A DNA stretch of 64,000 nucleotides, taken from positions 89,693,497 to 89,757,496 of the forward strand of contig NC_057718.1 in NCBI RefSeq assembly GCF_004010195.1, given 5' to 3'. Below the pieces are notes generated by a model. The model saw only the letters and a program-made list of their open reading frames with translations. It was not told where the DNA came from and did no database searches. The stretch's first letter is position 1. Every line of letters starts with the position of its first letter. A program made the position numbers and the translations under genes. Source of the DNA: Chiloscyllium plagiosum. Lineage: Eukaryota. Below, in pieces: positions 63,882 through 64,000 of the stretch.

Positions 63882-64000
63882 GAGTCGTGGAGTTGTACAG
63901 TATGGAAACAGACCCTTCTATCCAACTTATCCATGCTGACCAGATATCCTAAATTAATCTAGTCACATTTGCCAGTATTTGGCCCATATTCCTCTAAACC
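63882..64000 (-). mobile_element. CR1 3' end, continues beyond the window
   Basis: Matches the CR1 3' UTR. Confidence 0.88.

Overview
Repeat-dominated, apparently non-coding vertebrate DNA. The repeat complement (HER1-like CR1 LINEs, HE1/V-SINEs, Deu-domain SINEs, Penelope-like elements) points to a shark genome, probably a carpet/bamboo shark; this is an inference. I can support no intact host protein-coding gene: every recognisable ORF is a decayed retroelement fragment (two CR1-group families, Tx1/L1, RTE, Penelope GIY-YIG) or a translated tandem repeat. The main signal is a set of short Penelope-like-element (PLE) derivatives from about five families. They carry minimal hammerhead-ribozyme motifs (CUGANGA-[N]-stem II-GAAA-palindrome-UH) with covarying stem II, often sit as fold-back palindromes with 10-19 bp target-site duplications (TSDs), and have breakpoints clustered at the ribozyme. 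Also present: a possible SVA-like VNTR retroposon, two locally templated insertions, a 443-bp tandem duplication, LTR-like repeats, and unique CpG-enriched islands with RFX/SRF motifs and splice donors. Assembly gaps lie at 6631-6746 and 7745-7915. Repeat boundaries are approximate because they were read by eye.
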